Assembly (NCBI GenBank): GCA_964569165.1
Contig: CAZMUG010000002.1
Span: forward strand, 1-52,044
DNA: 52,044 nucleotides
Reading direction: 5' to 3'
Origin: an uncultured Gaiellales bacterium
GTDB lineage: Bacteria; Actinomycetota; Thermoleophilia; Gaiellales; Gaiellaceae
Shown here: one piece after another, positions 16,686-24,753 of the stretch
Layout of the letters: each line of letters starts with the position of its first letter
Position numbering within the stretch: position 1 is the stretch's first letter
Notes under the pieces: generated by a model
The model's database searches: none
What the model was told of the DNA's origin: nothing
Seen by the model: only the letters and a program-made list of their open reading frames with translations
Translations under genes and position numbers: made by a program

Positions 16686-18406
16686 CCGTCCTCCTGCTCC
16701 GGCAGGAGCAGCCAGAGGAGCACGAACGGCAGGACCCAGGGGACGTAGAGGTAGAACCAGTGGGTCAGCGTCAGCTGCGACGCGACGAGCAGCGCGGCCG
16801 TGAGCGCCGCCAGCTGGACCGGGCCCTTGCGGCGCGGCACGAACGCGACGACGAGCGCGAGACAGACCGCGCCCGCCGCGACCAGAGGCTGGAGGAACCC
16901 GAGATCCGGGATCCCGGCGGCGTGGTACTGGCCCCAGCCCCAGAGCGAGAAGGGTGAGTCCCTCCCGGCCTGGAAGCCGACCGTGCGGTCCCAGAACGAC
17001 CGCGCCGCGTGGAGAAGGTCCGGCTCGAGCAGGAGGACCGAGAAGGCAGCGGCGGTCGCGAGCGCGAAGGCGAGCCCGAAGCGGAGGAGGCGGCGAGCCT
17101 CGGGCTCCGGGTACGTCGCCCACAGCGGCGCCGCGAGGAGCGCGCCGAACTTCGTCCACCCCGAGAGGGCGACCGCCGCTCCTCGGGCCCACGCCGAGGA
17201 CACGAGCCAGAAGCCGAGCACGAGAAACGCGGGCATGACCGCGTCGTTCGTGTTCGCGTCGAGGGTGTAGGCAGTGAACGGGTAGGCGGTCCAGCCGAAC
17301 GCGAGAAGCGCCGCGAGCCGGTTCCCGCCGAAGCGGCGGCCGACGAGGACGAGGCCGAGCAGGACGAGGAGGTCGAGGGCGATCGACGTCGCGTGGGCTG
17401 CCGGCAGCGAGTCCCACTTCCCGCTCCACCCGAAGATCGCCGTCGCCGGGACGTACACGAGGTACGACACGGGGCCGTAGGTGTCACCACGCTCGATCGC
17501 GGCCTCGCAGCGGCCGTTCGTCTGGATGTGGTCGCGCACCTGGCCCTCCGAGTCCTCGGGCCCGCACGGCTCGCCCTCGCGGGTCGGCATGTTCCCGTAC
17601 GGCGCCTCGCCGTCGAGCACCCGAGTCGCGCCAACGACCCCCGCAAGGCCGACGTCGATGACGCCACGGGGCGTCTCGAGGTTCAGCCCGATCCTGAAGC
17701 CGAGCAGGAACACCGCAGCCGCCGCGAGCACCCAGGTCGGCCAGACCGGGTGGAGCGGGCTCCCGGTCCTCCTCGCCCCGATCCAGAGCCCGCGGGCGAG
17801 GAGGTACAGCAGCACCGGGTAGACGAGCGGGACGCTGACGAAGATCTCGCCCGCGTTGAAGAAGGCGAGAGAGACGGAGAGCCCGAGGAGCACGAGCAGG
17901 TCGGCGTTCCTGGCCGAGACCGGGCGCCTCCAGTCCGCGAGGCCCGCGAGGAAGACGAGGCAGAAGCCGATCCAGACGAACGGGTTCAGGAGCGTCTTGC
18001 CCCCGAACGAGCCCGCACGACCGCGCGCCATCTTCCAGGCGACCTGCGGCCCGGTCCACGCCTCGGCCACGCGGCCCGAGGTGTCCTCGACCACCGCCTG
18101 CACGACCTGGCCGGCCTCCCCCGACCAGGCCTTCACGAGCCACGTCCTCGAGCCCTCGCGGAAGCTTGCGTCCGTGGCGGGATGGGGCGGGTACCGCTCG
18201 AGCCAGGCGGCGATCTTCGGATGGGCGAGCGCGCGCTCGACGGCCTCGTCCTCGGTCAGTCGCGGTGGATCGCCGGGAAGCGCGGGCAGCGCCGAAGGGG
18301 GCGCGGTCGGAGTTGTCGTCCCCTGCGCCGGCGGCGAGAGGAGGAGCGCGGCCGCCGCGACGGCGGCCAGCGAGCCCAGCGCTACCGTCGCGGCCCGAAC
18401 GACCAG
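16589..18406 (-). CDS. GT87/DUF2029-type polyprenol-phosphate-dependent glycosyltransferase; start uncertain
   Basis: Large multi-TM protein with an N-terminal signal/anchor (VALGSLAAVAAAALLLSPPAQG) and a periplasmic domain, followed by about 11 TM segments. The maximal ORF reaches 18607 inside gtrA. The boundary given here is CTG 18406. The 3' end overlaps the convergent ymdB-like gene by 97 nt. Confidence 0.7.
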   Translation of the reverse strand: MVVRAATVALGSLAAVAAAALLLSPPAQGTTTPTAPPSALPALPGDPPRLTEDEAVERALAHPKIAAWLERYPPHPATDASFREGSRTWLVKAWSGEAGQVVQAVVEDTSGRVAEAWTGPQVAWKMARGRAGSFGGKTLLNPFVWIGFCLVFLAGLADWRRPVSARNADLLVLLGLSVSLAFFNAGEIFVSVPLVYPVLLYLLARGLWIGARRTGSPLHPVWPTWVLAAAAVFLLGFRIGLNLETPRGVIDVGLAGVVGATRVLDGEAPYGNMPTREGEPCGPEDSEGQVRDHIQTNGRCEAAIERGDTYGPVSYLVYVPATAIFGWSGKWDSLPAAHATSIALDLLVLLGLVLVGRRFGGNRLAALLAFGWTAYPFTAYTLDANTNDAVMPAFLVLGFWLVSSAWARGAAVALSGWTKFGALLAAPLWATYPEPEARRLLRFGLAFALATAAAFSVLLLEPDLLHAARSFWDRTVGFQAGRDSPFSLWGWGQYHAAGIPDLGFLQPLVAAGAVCLALVVAFVPRRKGPVQLAALTAALLVASQLTLTHWFYLYVPWVLPFVLLWLLLPEQEDGQSSETRTASIPSARPEPGSHSTSAPSMRTPP

Positions 18407-18879
18407 AGCTTGTTGCCGACGAAGTTGACCGGCGTGACGAGCACGATGGCGATCGCCTGGGCGACGACCTCGCCGAGCCCGAGCGTCACGAGCAGGTGCA
18501 GCACCGCGAGGTTCGTGAGCAGCGCCGCGGTGGAGACGATGAGGAACCTCATCCCCTGGTAGGCGACGCCCCCGCGCTGCGCCCGGAACGTCCACAGCCG
18601 GTTCCACGTGTAGTTGTTCGTCACGGCGACGAGGAACGACCCGACCGCGGCGGAGATGTAGTGGAGGCCGACGACGTCGAGCAAGAGCGCGTAGACGGCG
18701 AGGTTGACCGCGTAGCCGCTGGCGCCGACGACGCAGAACTTGACGAGCTGCTCCCAGTTCTTCCGTTTGCGCAGGCCGGCGCGGACCCGCGCGCGGGAGA
18801 TCGGCTCGACGGCGGTCGCAGACGGTGAGTCCACGGTCACCGCAGGGTAGTCGGACACCGGCTCACGGCCACCACCCAT
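18382..18879 (-). CDS. GtrA family membrane protein
   Basis: The translation QLVKFCVVGASGYAVNLAVYALL...NNYTWNRLWTF...VNFVGNKLWSF has the GtrA pattern. ATG is the complement of 18877-18879. The longer ORF-track entry is Arg-rich read-through. Confidence 0.8.
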   Translation of the reverse strand: MGGGREPVSDYPAVTVDSPSATAVEPISRARVRAGLRKRKNWEQLVKFCVVGASGYAVNLAVYALLLDVVGLHYISAAVGSFLVAVTNNYTWNRLWTFRAQRGGVAYQGMRFLIVSTAALLTNLAVLHLLVTLGLGEVVAQAIAIVLVTPVNFVGNKLWSFGPRR

Positions 18880-18929
18880 TCGGTCGGACCTGGCCGAACC
18901 CTTCGTCTCCGCGCGGCCCGGCGCCCGTG

Positions 18930-19412
18930 TCACTTCGCCAGCGTTCGAAGCCCTGCGAAGCGAGCGGCCTGGCGACCGCGCATGCGCACCGCAGCGACGG
19001 GGACTGCGGCTGCGACCACGTAGCCGAGCACGGGCACGAAGGCGAGCAGGGCAAGCACGATCCCGAGCGCGCTCAGGTACGCACCGGTTCCGAACCGCGT
19101 GGCGCCTCGGCGAAGCGCGCCGCGAACGGCGACGGCCGCCGACAGGGACCCGATCACGACGCCGAGCGCGCACGCGGCGGCCTCCTCCGACTCGCCCACG
19201 AGGAGCCCGATGCCGACCCCGAGCGCCGCGCCCATGACAGCACCCAGGCCGACCCCGACGACGTTCGCCCCGAGGATCCCGGAGACGACGACGCCGAGCG
19301 CGACGCCGAGCCCGAGGGAGAGACCGAGCGTGTACCAGTTGCCCACGGCGGTCAGTGTAGAGAGGGAGAGTGCGGGCGCCCGGTGCGGCCAACCGAGCGT
19401 GCTGCTCACCAA
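18930..19412 (-). CDS. Glycine-zipper-rich membrane protein, unknown function
   Basis: 160-aa ORF with GLSLGLGVALGVVVSGILGANVVGVGLGAVMGAALGVGIGLLVG and a second hydrophobic block. An internal GTG is possible, so the start is uncertain. Confidence 0.55.
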   Translation of the reverse strand: MVSSTLGWPHRAPALSLSTLTAVGNWYTLGLSLGLGVALGVVVSGILGANVVGVGLGAVMGAALGVGIGLLVGESEEAAACALGVVIGSLSAAVAVRGALRRGATRFGTGAYLSALGIVLALLAFVPVLGYVVAAAVPVAAVRMRGRQAARFAGLRTLAK

Positions 19413-19485
19413 GGGCGTGGGAACACGTCTCGCAGGCCACGACCCGTCACCTGCGTTGGAGGCTCGGGTGCGACTCCCGGCCCGA

Positions 19486-20583
19486 TCAGCCCGCGCTCGC
19501 TTGTAGCCGGGCGATGACCGCGAGCCCGAAGCCCGCGGCGCGCAGGCCGTCGATCACGCGGTGGTCGAAGCTGAGGGAGATCGTGCCCGTGCTCCGGACG
19601 ACGATCTCCCCGTCGCGGACGACCGGGCGGGGCTCGACGCGCCCCACGCTGAGGATGGCGACCTCCGGGTGGTTGACGATCGGCGTCTGCAGCAGCCCGG
19701 CGAGCTTGCCGCCGCTCGTGACGGTGAAGGTCGAGTCGCGCAGCTCCTCCGGTCGCAGCGTGCCCGCGCGCGCGCCGTCGGCCAGGCGGGCGATCTCGCC
19801 GTGGATCTCGTCCACCGACTTCGTGTCCACTGCACGGACGACGGGGACCACGAGCCCCTGGTCCGTGTGCACCGCGACTCCGAAGTCGTAGCGGTCGAGG
19901 TAGACGACCTCGTCTCCCTCGAGCCGTGCATTCAGCTCCGGGAACTCCGGCAGCACGTCCGCGCAGGCCTTGAGCACGGTCGCGACCAGCTTCCCGAGGT
20001 CGACGTGCTCGAAGTCGCACTCCTCGACCCAGGTGACCGCCGGCACCTCCGCATGCGCGCGGGCCATGTGCTCGGCCATGACGCGGCGGACGCCTCGCAG
20101 CTTCTCGCGGCGCCCCCCCGTCTCCGGGGCAGCGGTCGCGGCAGCCCGGACGTCCTCCTCGCCGATCCTCCCGCCCGGGCCGGTGCCCGTGACCCCGGAG
20201 AGGTCGACCCCGAGCTCCTGCGCGATCCTGCGGACGAGCGGTGTCGCGGACACCCTCGCGCCGGCACCCCGCGGAGCGGCCGCCTGCGCCGCACGCGCAG
20301 TCGGGACCTCGCGCTGAGCCTCGCCGGGCGCCGGCAGCTCCTCTCCGGGCTCGCCGATCACGACGAGCTCGGTGCCCACGGGAACGACCTCGCCCTCCCC
20401 CACCAGGATCTTCAGCACCGTCCCCTCGTACGGCGACGGGATGTCGACGGTCGCCTTGTCGGTCTGGATCTCGACGAGCGGCTCGTCCTCGCGGACCGCC
20501 TGTCCCTCCGAGACGAGCCAGCGGTACACCTCGCCCTCGGTCAGCCCCTCCCCGAGGTCCGGGAGCGTGAACGCGCGTGCCAC
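19486..20583 (-). CDS. Dihydrolipoamide acyltransferase (E2) of a 2-oxoacid dehydrogenase complex
   Basis: It has a lipoyl domain (VEIQTDKATVDIPSP), a subunit-binding domain (ATPLVRRIAQELGVDLSGVTGTGPGGRI) and a catalytic domain (SLSFDHRVIDG). GTG is the complement of 20581-20583. Confidence 0.9.
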   Translation of the reverse strand: MARAFTLPDLGEGLTEGEVYRWLVSEGQAVREDEPLVEIQTDKATVDIPSPYEGTVLKILVGEGEVVPVGTELVVIGEPGEELPAPGEAQREVPTARAAQAAAPRGAGARVSATPLVRRIAQELGVDLSGVTGTGPGGRIGEEDVRAAATAAPETGGRREKLRGVRRVMAEHMARAHAEVPAVTWVEECDFEHVDLGKLVATVLKACADVLPEFPELNARLEGDEVVYLDRYDFGVAVHTDQGLVVPVVRAVDTKSVDEIHGEIARLADGARAGTLRPEELRDSTFTVTSGGKLAGLLQTPIVNHPEVAILSVGRVEPRPVVRDGEIVVRSTGTISLSFDHRVIDGLRAAGFGLAVIARLQASAG

Positions 20584-21050
20584 TAGCGCGGGCTCCTCGC
20601 GCCTGCGAAGGACGCGCGCGCACGCCGCGCGAACGTCTCGACGTCGCCCGGCGGCGGCGTCAGGCCCGCCTCGAACATCGTCGCCTGGAGCCGGGCGCCC
20701 CCGCCGTGCCGGTTGCGCTGCTCGGCCGTGACCGGCTGGACGACGAAGTGGATGTGGACCGGCACGCCTCCCTGATGCGACGAGAGGCACACGTAGACCT
20801 GGTCCGGCGCGGCCAGCTCGGCGACCACGGACGCGGTGTCGCGCAGCAGGGGGCCGAGCTCCGCGGTCTCGTCGCCCTCGAGCTCCCAGACGTGGACGAC
20901 GTGGCGCCTCGGCTTGACGATGAGCGTGCCGAGGCCGAGCGGCCCGACGCAGTGCTCGACGAGCCAGTGCGGCGTCTCCTCGATGAGGCCGCCGGGCAGC
21001 GCGGCCCGGCCTTCGGCGAGATCGCACGCGAGGCACCCGCGGACCCCCAT
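20583..21050 (-). CDS. HIT (histidine triad) family protein
   Basis: 155 aa with N-terminal CLAC and a histidine triad VHIHFVVQP. It shares 1-nt overlaps with E1beta (TGATG) and E2 (TAGTG). Confidence 0.8.
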   Translation of the reverse strand: MGVRGCLACDLAEGRAALPGGLIEETPHWLVEHCVGPLGLGTLIVKPRRHVVHVWELEGDETAELGPLLRDTASVVAELAAPDQVYVCLSSHQGGVPVHIHFVVQPVTAEQRNRHGGGARLQATMFEAGLTPPPGDVETFARRARASFAGARSPR

Positions 21051-22024
21051 CAGGCGGAGAGGACCCTGCGAGCCGCGTCCACGACCCGTTCGACCGACGG
21101 CATGTACGCGTCCTCGATCTGCCAGAAGGGATACGGCACGTCGTACCCCGTGACGCGCACGACCGGCCCGTGGAGATCGAAGATCGCCCTCTCCGCGAGG
21201 ACGGCCGCGACCTCGGCTGCGAACCCGCACACGCGCGGCGCCTCCTGGACGATCACCGCGCGGCCCGTCTTCGCCACCGATGCGAGCAGGGCGTCCTCGT
21301 CCAGCGGCTTGAGCGTCCGGAGATCGAGGACCTCGGCCGACGCCTCGCCCGCGAGCGCGTCGGCGGCGCGCTCCGCCAGGGGCACCATCGCGCCGTAGGC
21401 GACGATCGTGAGGTCCGTCCCCTCGCGCGCGATCCGCGCCTCGCCGAGCGGGACGACGTGCTCGCCGTCGGGGACCTCGCCACGCGCGCTCCGGTAGACG
21501 AGCTTCGGCTCGAGCACGACGACCGGATCCGGGTCGCGGATCGCCGCAGCCAGGAGCCCCTTGGCATCCGCCGGCGTGGCAGGGATCGCGAGCTTCACGC
21601 CCGGTGTGTGCACGTAGTACGTCTCGGGCGAGTCGTCGTGGAGCTCGGGCGCCCGGACACCCCCGCCGTAGGGCATGCGGACGACGAGCGGGAACTCCAT
21701 CGTCCCGTTCGTGCGCCAGCGGTAGCGGCCGACGTGGTTGATGAGCTGGTCGAGCGACGGGTAGCTGAACGCGTCGTACTGCATCTCGCAGACCGGCCGC
21801 CACCCGGCCATGCACAGGCCGACCGCCGTGCCCAGGATCCCGGCCTCCGCGAGCGGGGTGTCGATGCAGCGGTCGCGCCCGAAGCGCTCCTGCAGGCCCG
21901 CCGTCGCCCGGAAGACGCCGCCGAGCGTGCCCACGTCCTCGCCCAGGACGAGCACGGACGGGTCGCGCTCCATCTCGACGTGCAGCGCGTCGTTCACCGC
22001 TTCGACGAGGAGCCGCTCAGCCAT
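21050..22024 (-). CDS. 2-oxoacid dehydrogenase E1 component beta subunit
   Basis: 324-aa ORF with VLGEDVG..GGVFRAT, DTPLAEAGI and RTLKPLD motifs. Confidence 0.9.
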   Translation of the reverse strand: MAERLLVEAVNDALHVEMERDPSVLVLGEDVGTLGGVFRATAGLQERFGRDRCIDTPLAEAGILGTAVGLCMAGWRPVCEMQYDAFSYPSLDQLINHVGRYRWRTNGTMEFPLVVRMPYGGGVRAPELHDDSPETYYVHTPGVKLAIPATPADAKGLLAAAIRDPDPVVVLEPKLVYRSARGEVPDGEHVVPLGEARIAREGTDLTIVAYGAMVPLAERAADALAGEASAEVLDLRTLKPLDEDALLASVAKTGRAVIVQEAPRVCGFAAEVAAVLAERAIFDLHGPVVRVTGYDVPYPFWQIEDAYMPSVERVVDAARRVLSA

Positions 22025-22136
22025 GGCCGGTAAGGCCCCTGAAGGGCCTTACCTCCCCACCTCCCCGCTGAGGCCCTTCAGGGTCTCACCCTGTCTCAGA
22101 TGCCGCTCGGCCATGGCCTTACCTCCCCGCCTCCCC
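22012..22136. repeat. Duplicated E1alpha-stop/E1beta-start junction (about 90-nt period) with embedded hairpins
   Basis: GCCGCTCAGCCATGGCC (22012-22028) plus TTACCTCCCCACCTCCCC (22049-22066) is repeated as GCCGCTCGGCCATGGCC (22102-22118) plus TTACCTCCCCGCCTCCCC (22119-22136). Hairpins lie at 22029-22053 and at 22037-22048 paired with 22072-22083. Confidence 0.8.
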
Positions 22137-23201
22137 CTGTTCCAGGATCCTCCTGAGCTCGGCGAGATCCTGCGCGTGCGTGCGGGGGGGCTCGGCGTAC
22201 GCGTGCTCGAACACGAGCGACACGTCCGCCGGGGGCTCCGCCTCCGCGGCCGCGATTCCCGCTCGCAGGACCTCGAGCGCCTCCTGCCTGATCGCCTCGG
22301 CACCGTCCGCTCCGAGCACCCCGAGGCGCTCCAGGTAGCGCTCGTAGCGGCCGACGCACTCGTTCGCGCGCTCCTCGGCGACTCGCGCCTCGTCGACGTA
22401 CAGCGACGGGTCGTCCGCTGTCCCGTGCGGCGCCATTCGGTACGTCAGCGCCTCGACGAACGTCGGGCCCTCCCCTGCGCGAGCCCGCTCGACGGCCTCA
22501 CGGGTCGCCTCGTACACGGCGAGGACGTCACCGCCGTCCACGCGCACGCCCGGCATCCCGTACCCGGCGGCCTTGTCCACGAGCGACACGGCTGCGGTCT
22601 GCTGCGAGACAGGGGTCGAGATCGCCCACTGGTTGTTGCTGCAGAAGAGCACGACGGGCGCCTTCATGACGCCGGCGAACGTCGCGCCCTCGTGGAACGC
22701 GCCCTCCGACGTAGCCCCGTCCCCGAAGTAGGCGATCGCGACCCGGTCCTCGCCCTTCAGCTTCGCGCCCCACGCGAACCCGACGGCGTGCGGCACGTGG
22801 GTGGCGATGGGGACGGCGATCGACGCGACCCCGTACTCGGGCGGGCTCCACCAGCCGGACGGATGGCCTCGCCACCACTGGAGCAGCGTCGAGGCGGGGA
22901 TTCCGCGCAGCAGCCCGATCGCCGACTCCCGGTAGCTCGGGAAGATCCAGTCCCGATCGGCGAGAGCGAACACGGAGCCCGCCTGCATCGCCTCGTGGCC
23001 CCAGTAGATCGCGTACGTGCCGATACGCCCCTGCCGGTGGTAGACGACCGACCTCTCGTCGTACGTCCTGAGCAGGACGAGGTCGCGGTACAGCGCGACC
23101 AGATCGCCGGCCGTCAACCCCGCGACCTCTCCATCGGGAACGCCCTCGCCGTCGCCGATGACGCGACGCACGTCCGACTGCGCGGGAAGCACGCGGCTCA
23201 T
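22119..23201 (-). CDS. 2-oxoacid dehydrogenase E1 component alpha subunit (TPP-binding)
   Basis: Motifs YRESAIGL, AYFGDGATSEGAFHE, FCSNNQWAIS and TYRMAPHGTADD. ATG is the complement of 23199-23201. Confidence 0.9.
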   Translation of the reverse strand: MSRVLPAQSDVRRVIGDGEGVPDGEVAGLTAGDLVALYRDLVLLRTYDERSVVYHRQGRIGTYAIYWGHEAMQAGSVFALADRDWIFPSYRESAIGLLRGIPASTLLQWWRGHPSGWWSPPEYGVASIAVPIATHVPHAVGFAWGAKLKGEDRVAIAYFGDGATSEGAFHEGATFAGVMKAPVVLFCSNNQWAISTPVSQQTAAVSLVDKAAGYGMPGVRVDGGDVLAVYEATREAVERARAGEGPTFVEALTYRMAPHGTADDPSLYVDEARVAEERANECVGRYERYLERLGVLGADGAEAIRQEALEVLRAGIAAAEAEPPADVSLVFEHAYAEPPRTHAQDLAELRRILEQGEAGR

Positions 23202-23232
23202 CGAGTCCGATTCTAGGGAGGCGAGCCCGTCC

Positions 23233-24105
23233 TCAGACGAGGACGGTGACCGCGTCGCGCTCGGCCTCGTACACGGCCTCGACGACGTCTCCCACGTCCT
23301 CCCCGTCCACCTGCAGCGGCAGCGGGCGGTCACAGCGTACGACGACGCGGTCGAGATCACGACCTGCCAGCGTCCGCCCACCGCGAAAGCCGCGCCCGCG
23401 GGCTCCGCGGAGCAGCAGGCGAGGAAGGTCGCGCGGGCCCAGCCGGATCGGGGCGAGGAACGCGAGCCCTTCGGCGAAGTCCGCCCCGGGCACCAGGTCG
23501 AGGGCGACCGCTCCCGCATACGTGTAGGGCGAGCAGTTCGCGACCAGCACGAAGGCCGCGCGCCCGTAGCCCTCCACCTCCAGCTCCGGGTCGAACCGGG
23601 AGCGACGCTCCGTGAGCGCACCGGCCGCGCTCCGCAGGAACGCGCCGTCGCCCGGGCGCTTCCCGTCGGGCCGGCGGCCGAGCTCGTCCACACGGCGCAC
23701 GAGCTCGGCGTCGAACCCGAGCCCCGCGTTGAACCCGAACCGGCGGCCGTTGACGCGCCCGAGGCCGATCCGCCTCGTCCGCCCCTTCGCAACTCGCAGG
23801 GCCGCCTGCACGGGGTTCCTCGGAAGCCCGAGCGCCCGCGGCAGCACGCTCGTGCCGCCTCCTGGCAGGAAGCCGAGCGGGACGTCGAGCTCGATCCCGT
23901 TCAGCACCTCGTTGAACGTGCCGTCTCCACCGAAGACGTAGACAGCGTCGGCCTCGCGAAGCTCACGCGCGATCGCCGTGGCCTCGCCGGCCGCCGTCGT
24001 GAGCTTCGTCTCCGTGCCGGGCGGGAGCGCGGCCTGCACCGCGGCCAGGCGGTGCGTGTCCACCCCGGACGCGAACGGGTTGACGATCAGCAGGCGCACG
24101 GGCAC
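23233..24105 (-). CDS. Diacylglycerol/lipid kinase family protein (YegS/BmrU-like)
   Basis: Motifs LLIVNPFASG, VYVFGGDGTFNEV and LGFLPGGGTSVLPRALG. GTG is the complement of 24103-24105. Confidence 0.85.
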   Translation of the reverse strand: MPVRLLIVNPFASGVDTHRLAAVQAALPPGTETKLTTAAGEATAIARELREADAVYVFGGDGTFNEVLNGIELDVPLGFLPGGGTSVLPRALGLPRNPVQAALRVAKGRTRRIGLGRVNGRRFGFNAGLGFDAELVRRVDELGRRPDGKRPGDGAFLRSAAGALTERRSRFDPELEVEGYGRAAFVLVANCSPYTYAGAVALDLVPGADFAEGLAFLAPIRLGPRDLPRLLLRGARGRGFRGGRTLAGRDLDRVVVRCDRPLPLQVDGEDVGDVVEAVYEAERDAVTVLV

Positions 24106-24124
24106 ATCATCGGCGCGCGGGTGG

Positions 24125-24715
24125 CTATCGAGCGCTCGTCGTACGCGGCGCGGCGTAGCCGCCGATCCCGTCCACGAGAATCGCGACGAAGCGGTCCGCG
24201 AGCTCGTCGGTGTCGGCGTCCTCGCGCAGCCACGTGTACGCCCAGTTCGCCGCCGAGAGCACGACGAGCGCCGCGTCCGACGCGCGCAGGTCCACCCGCA
24301 GCTCGCCCCGCTCGACACCCTCGCGGAAGAGAGCGCGCCACCGCTCCTCGTACCGGCGGCGCTCCGCGACGAACTCGTCGCGGTGCTCACCCTCCAGGTA
24401 GCGCCACTCCCGCGTGAACACCGTCGCCGCGGCAAGCTGCTCCGCGACGACGCGGAGGTGCCCGCGCAGCGCCTGCCTGATCCGCTCCACCGCGTGCAGG
24501 TCGTCGTCCACGGCGTCGAGCGCGGCGTGGAACGCGTCTGCCCCCGCCCGCACCGCGTCGTACAGGAGCTGCTGCTTCGACTCGGTGAGCGAGTAGAGCG
24601 AGGCCTTCTGGACGCCCATCGCGTCGGCGATCTCGCCCATCGACGTGCCGTGGTACCCGCGTTCCGCGAAGAGCCGGGCGGCCGTCCGGACGAGCTCCGC
24701 GCGGCGCTCCGTCAT
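24125..24715 (-). CDS. TetR family transcriptional regulator (PaaR-like by position)
   Basis: N-terminal HTH (AARLFAERGYHGTSMGEIADAMGVQKASLYSL). It is divergent from paaA with a 38-nt gap and heads the lipid kinase/2-oxoacid dehydrogenase gene string. Confidence 0.85.
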   Translation of the reverse strand: MTERRAELVRTAARLFAERGYHGTSMGEIADAMGVQKASLYSLTESKQQLLYDAVRAGADAFHAALDAVDDDLHAVERIRQALRGHLRVVAEQLAAATVFTREWRYLEGEHRDEFVAERRRYEERWRALFREGVERGELRVDLRASDAALVVLSAANWAYTWLREDADTDELADRFVAILVDGIGGYAAPRTTSAR

Positions 24716-24722
24716 ACTCTCG

Positions 24723-24752
24723 ATGCTAACGACCGGTAGCCAGGGGGGTCAA
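24723..24752 (-). promoter_or_regulatory. Candidate leaderless promoter of the TetR gene (TTGACC, 18 nt, TAGCAT, 7 nt, ATG) overlapping an imperfect palindrome GCTAACGACCGGTAGC
   Basis: The -35 is the complement of 24747-24752 and the -10 is the complement of 24723-24728. The start ATG is the complement of 24713-24715. The palindrome at 24725-24740 is a possible operator. Confidence 0.35.
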
Positions 24753-24753
24753 C

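Noticed and set aside
22049-22303. 84-aa minus-strand ORF across the E1alpha 3' end
   Set aside because: Most of it is an out-of-frame read through E1alpha. Only the last 21 codons, the duplicated-junction mini-ORF, are of interest and are reported as a finding.
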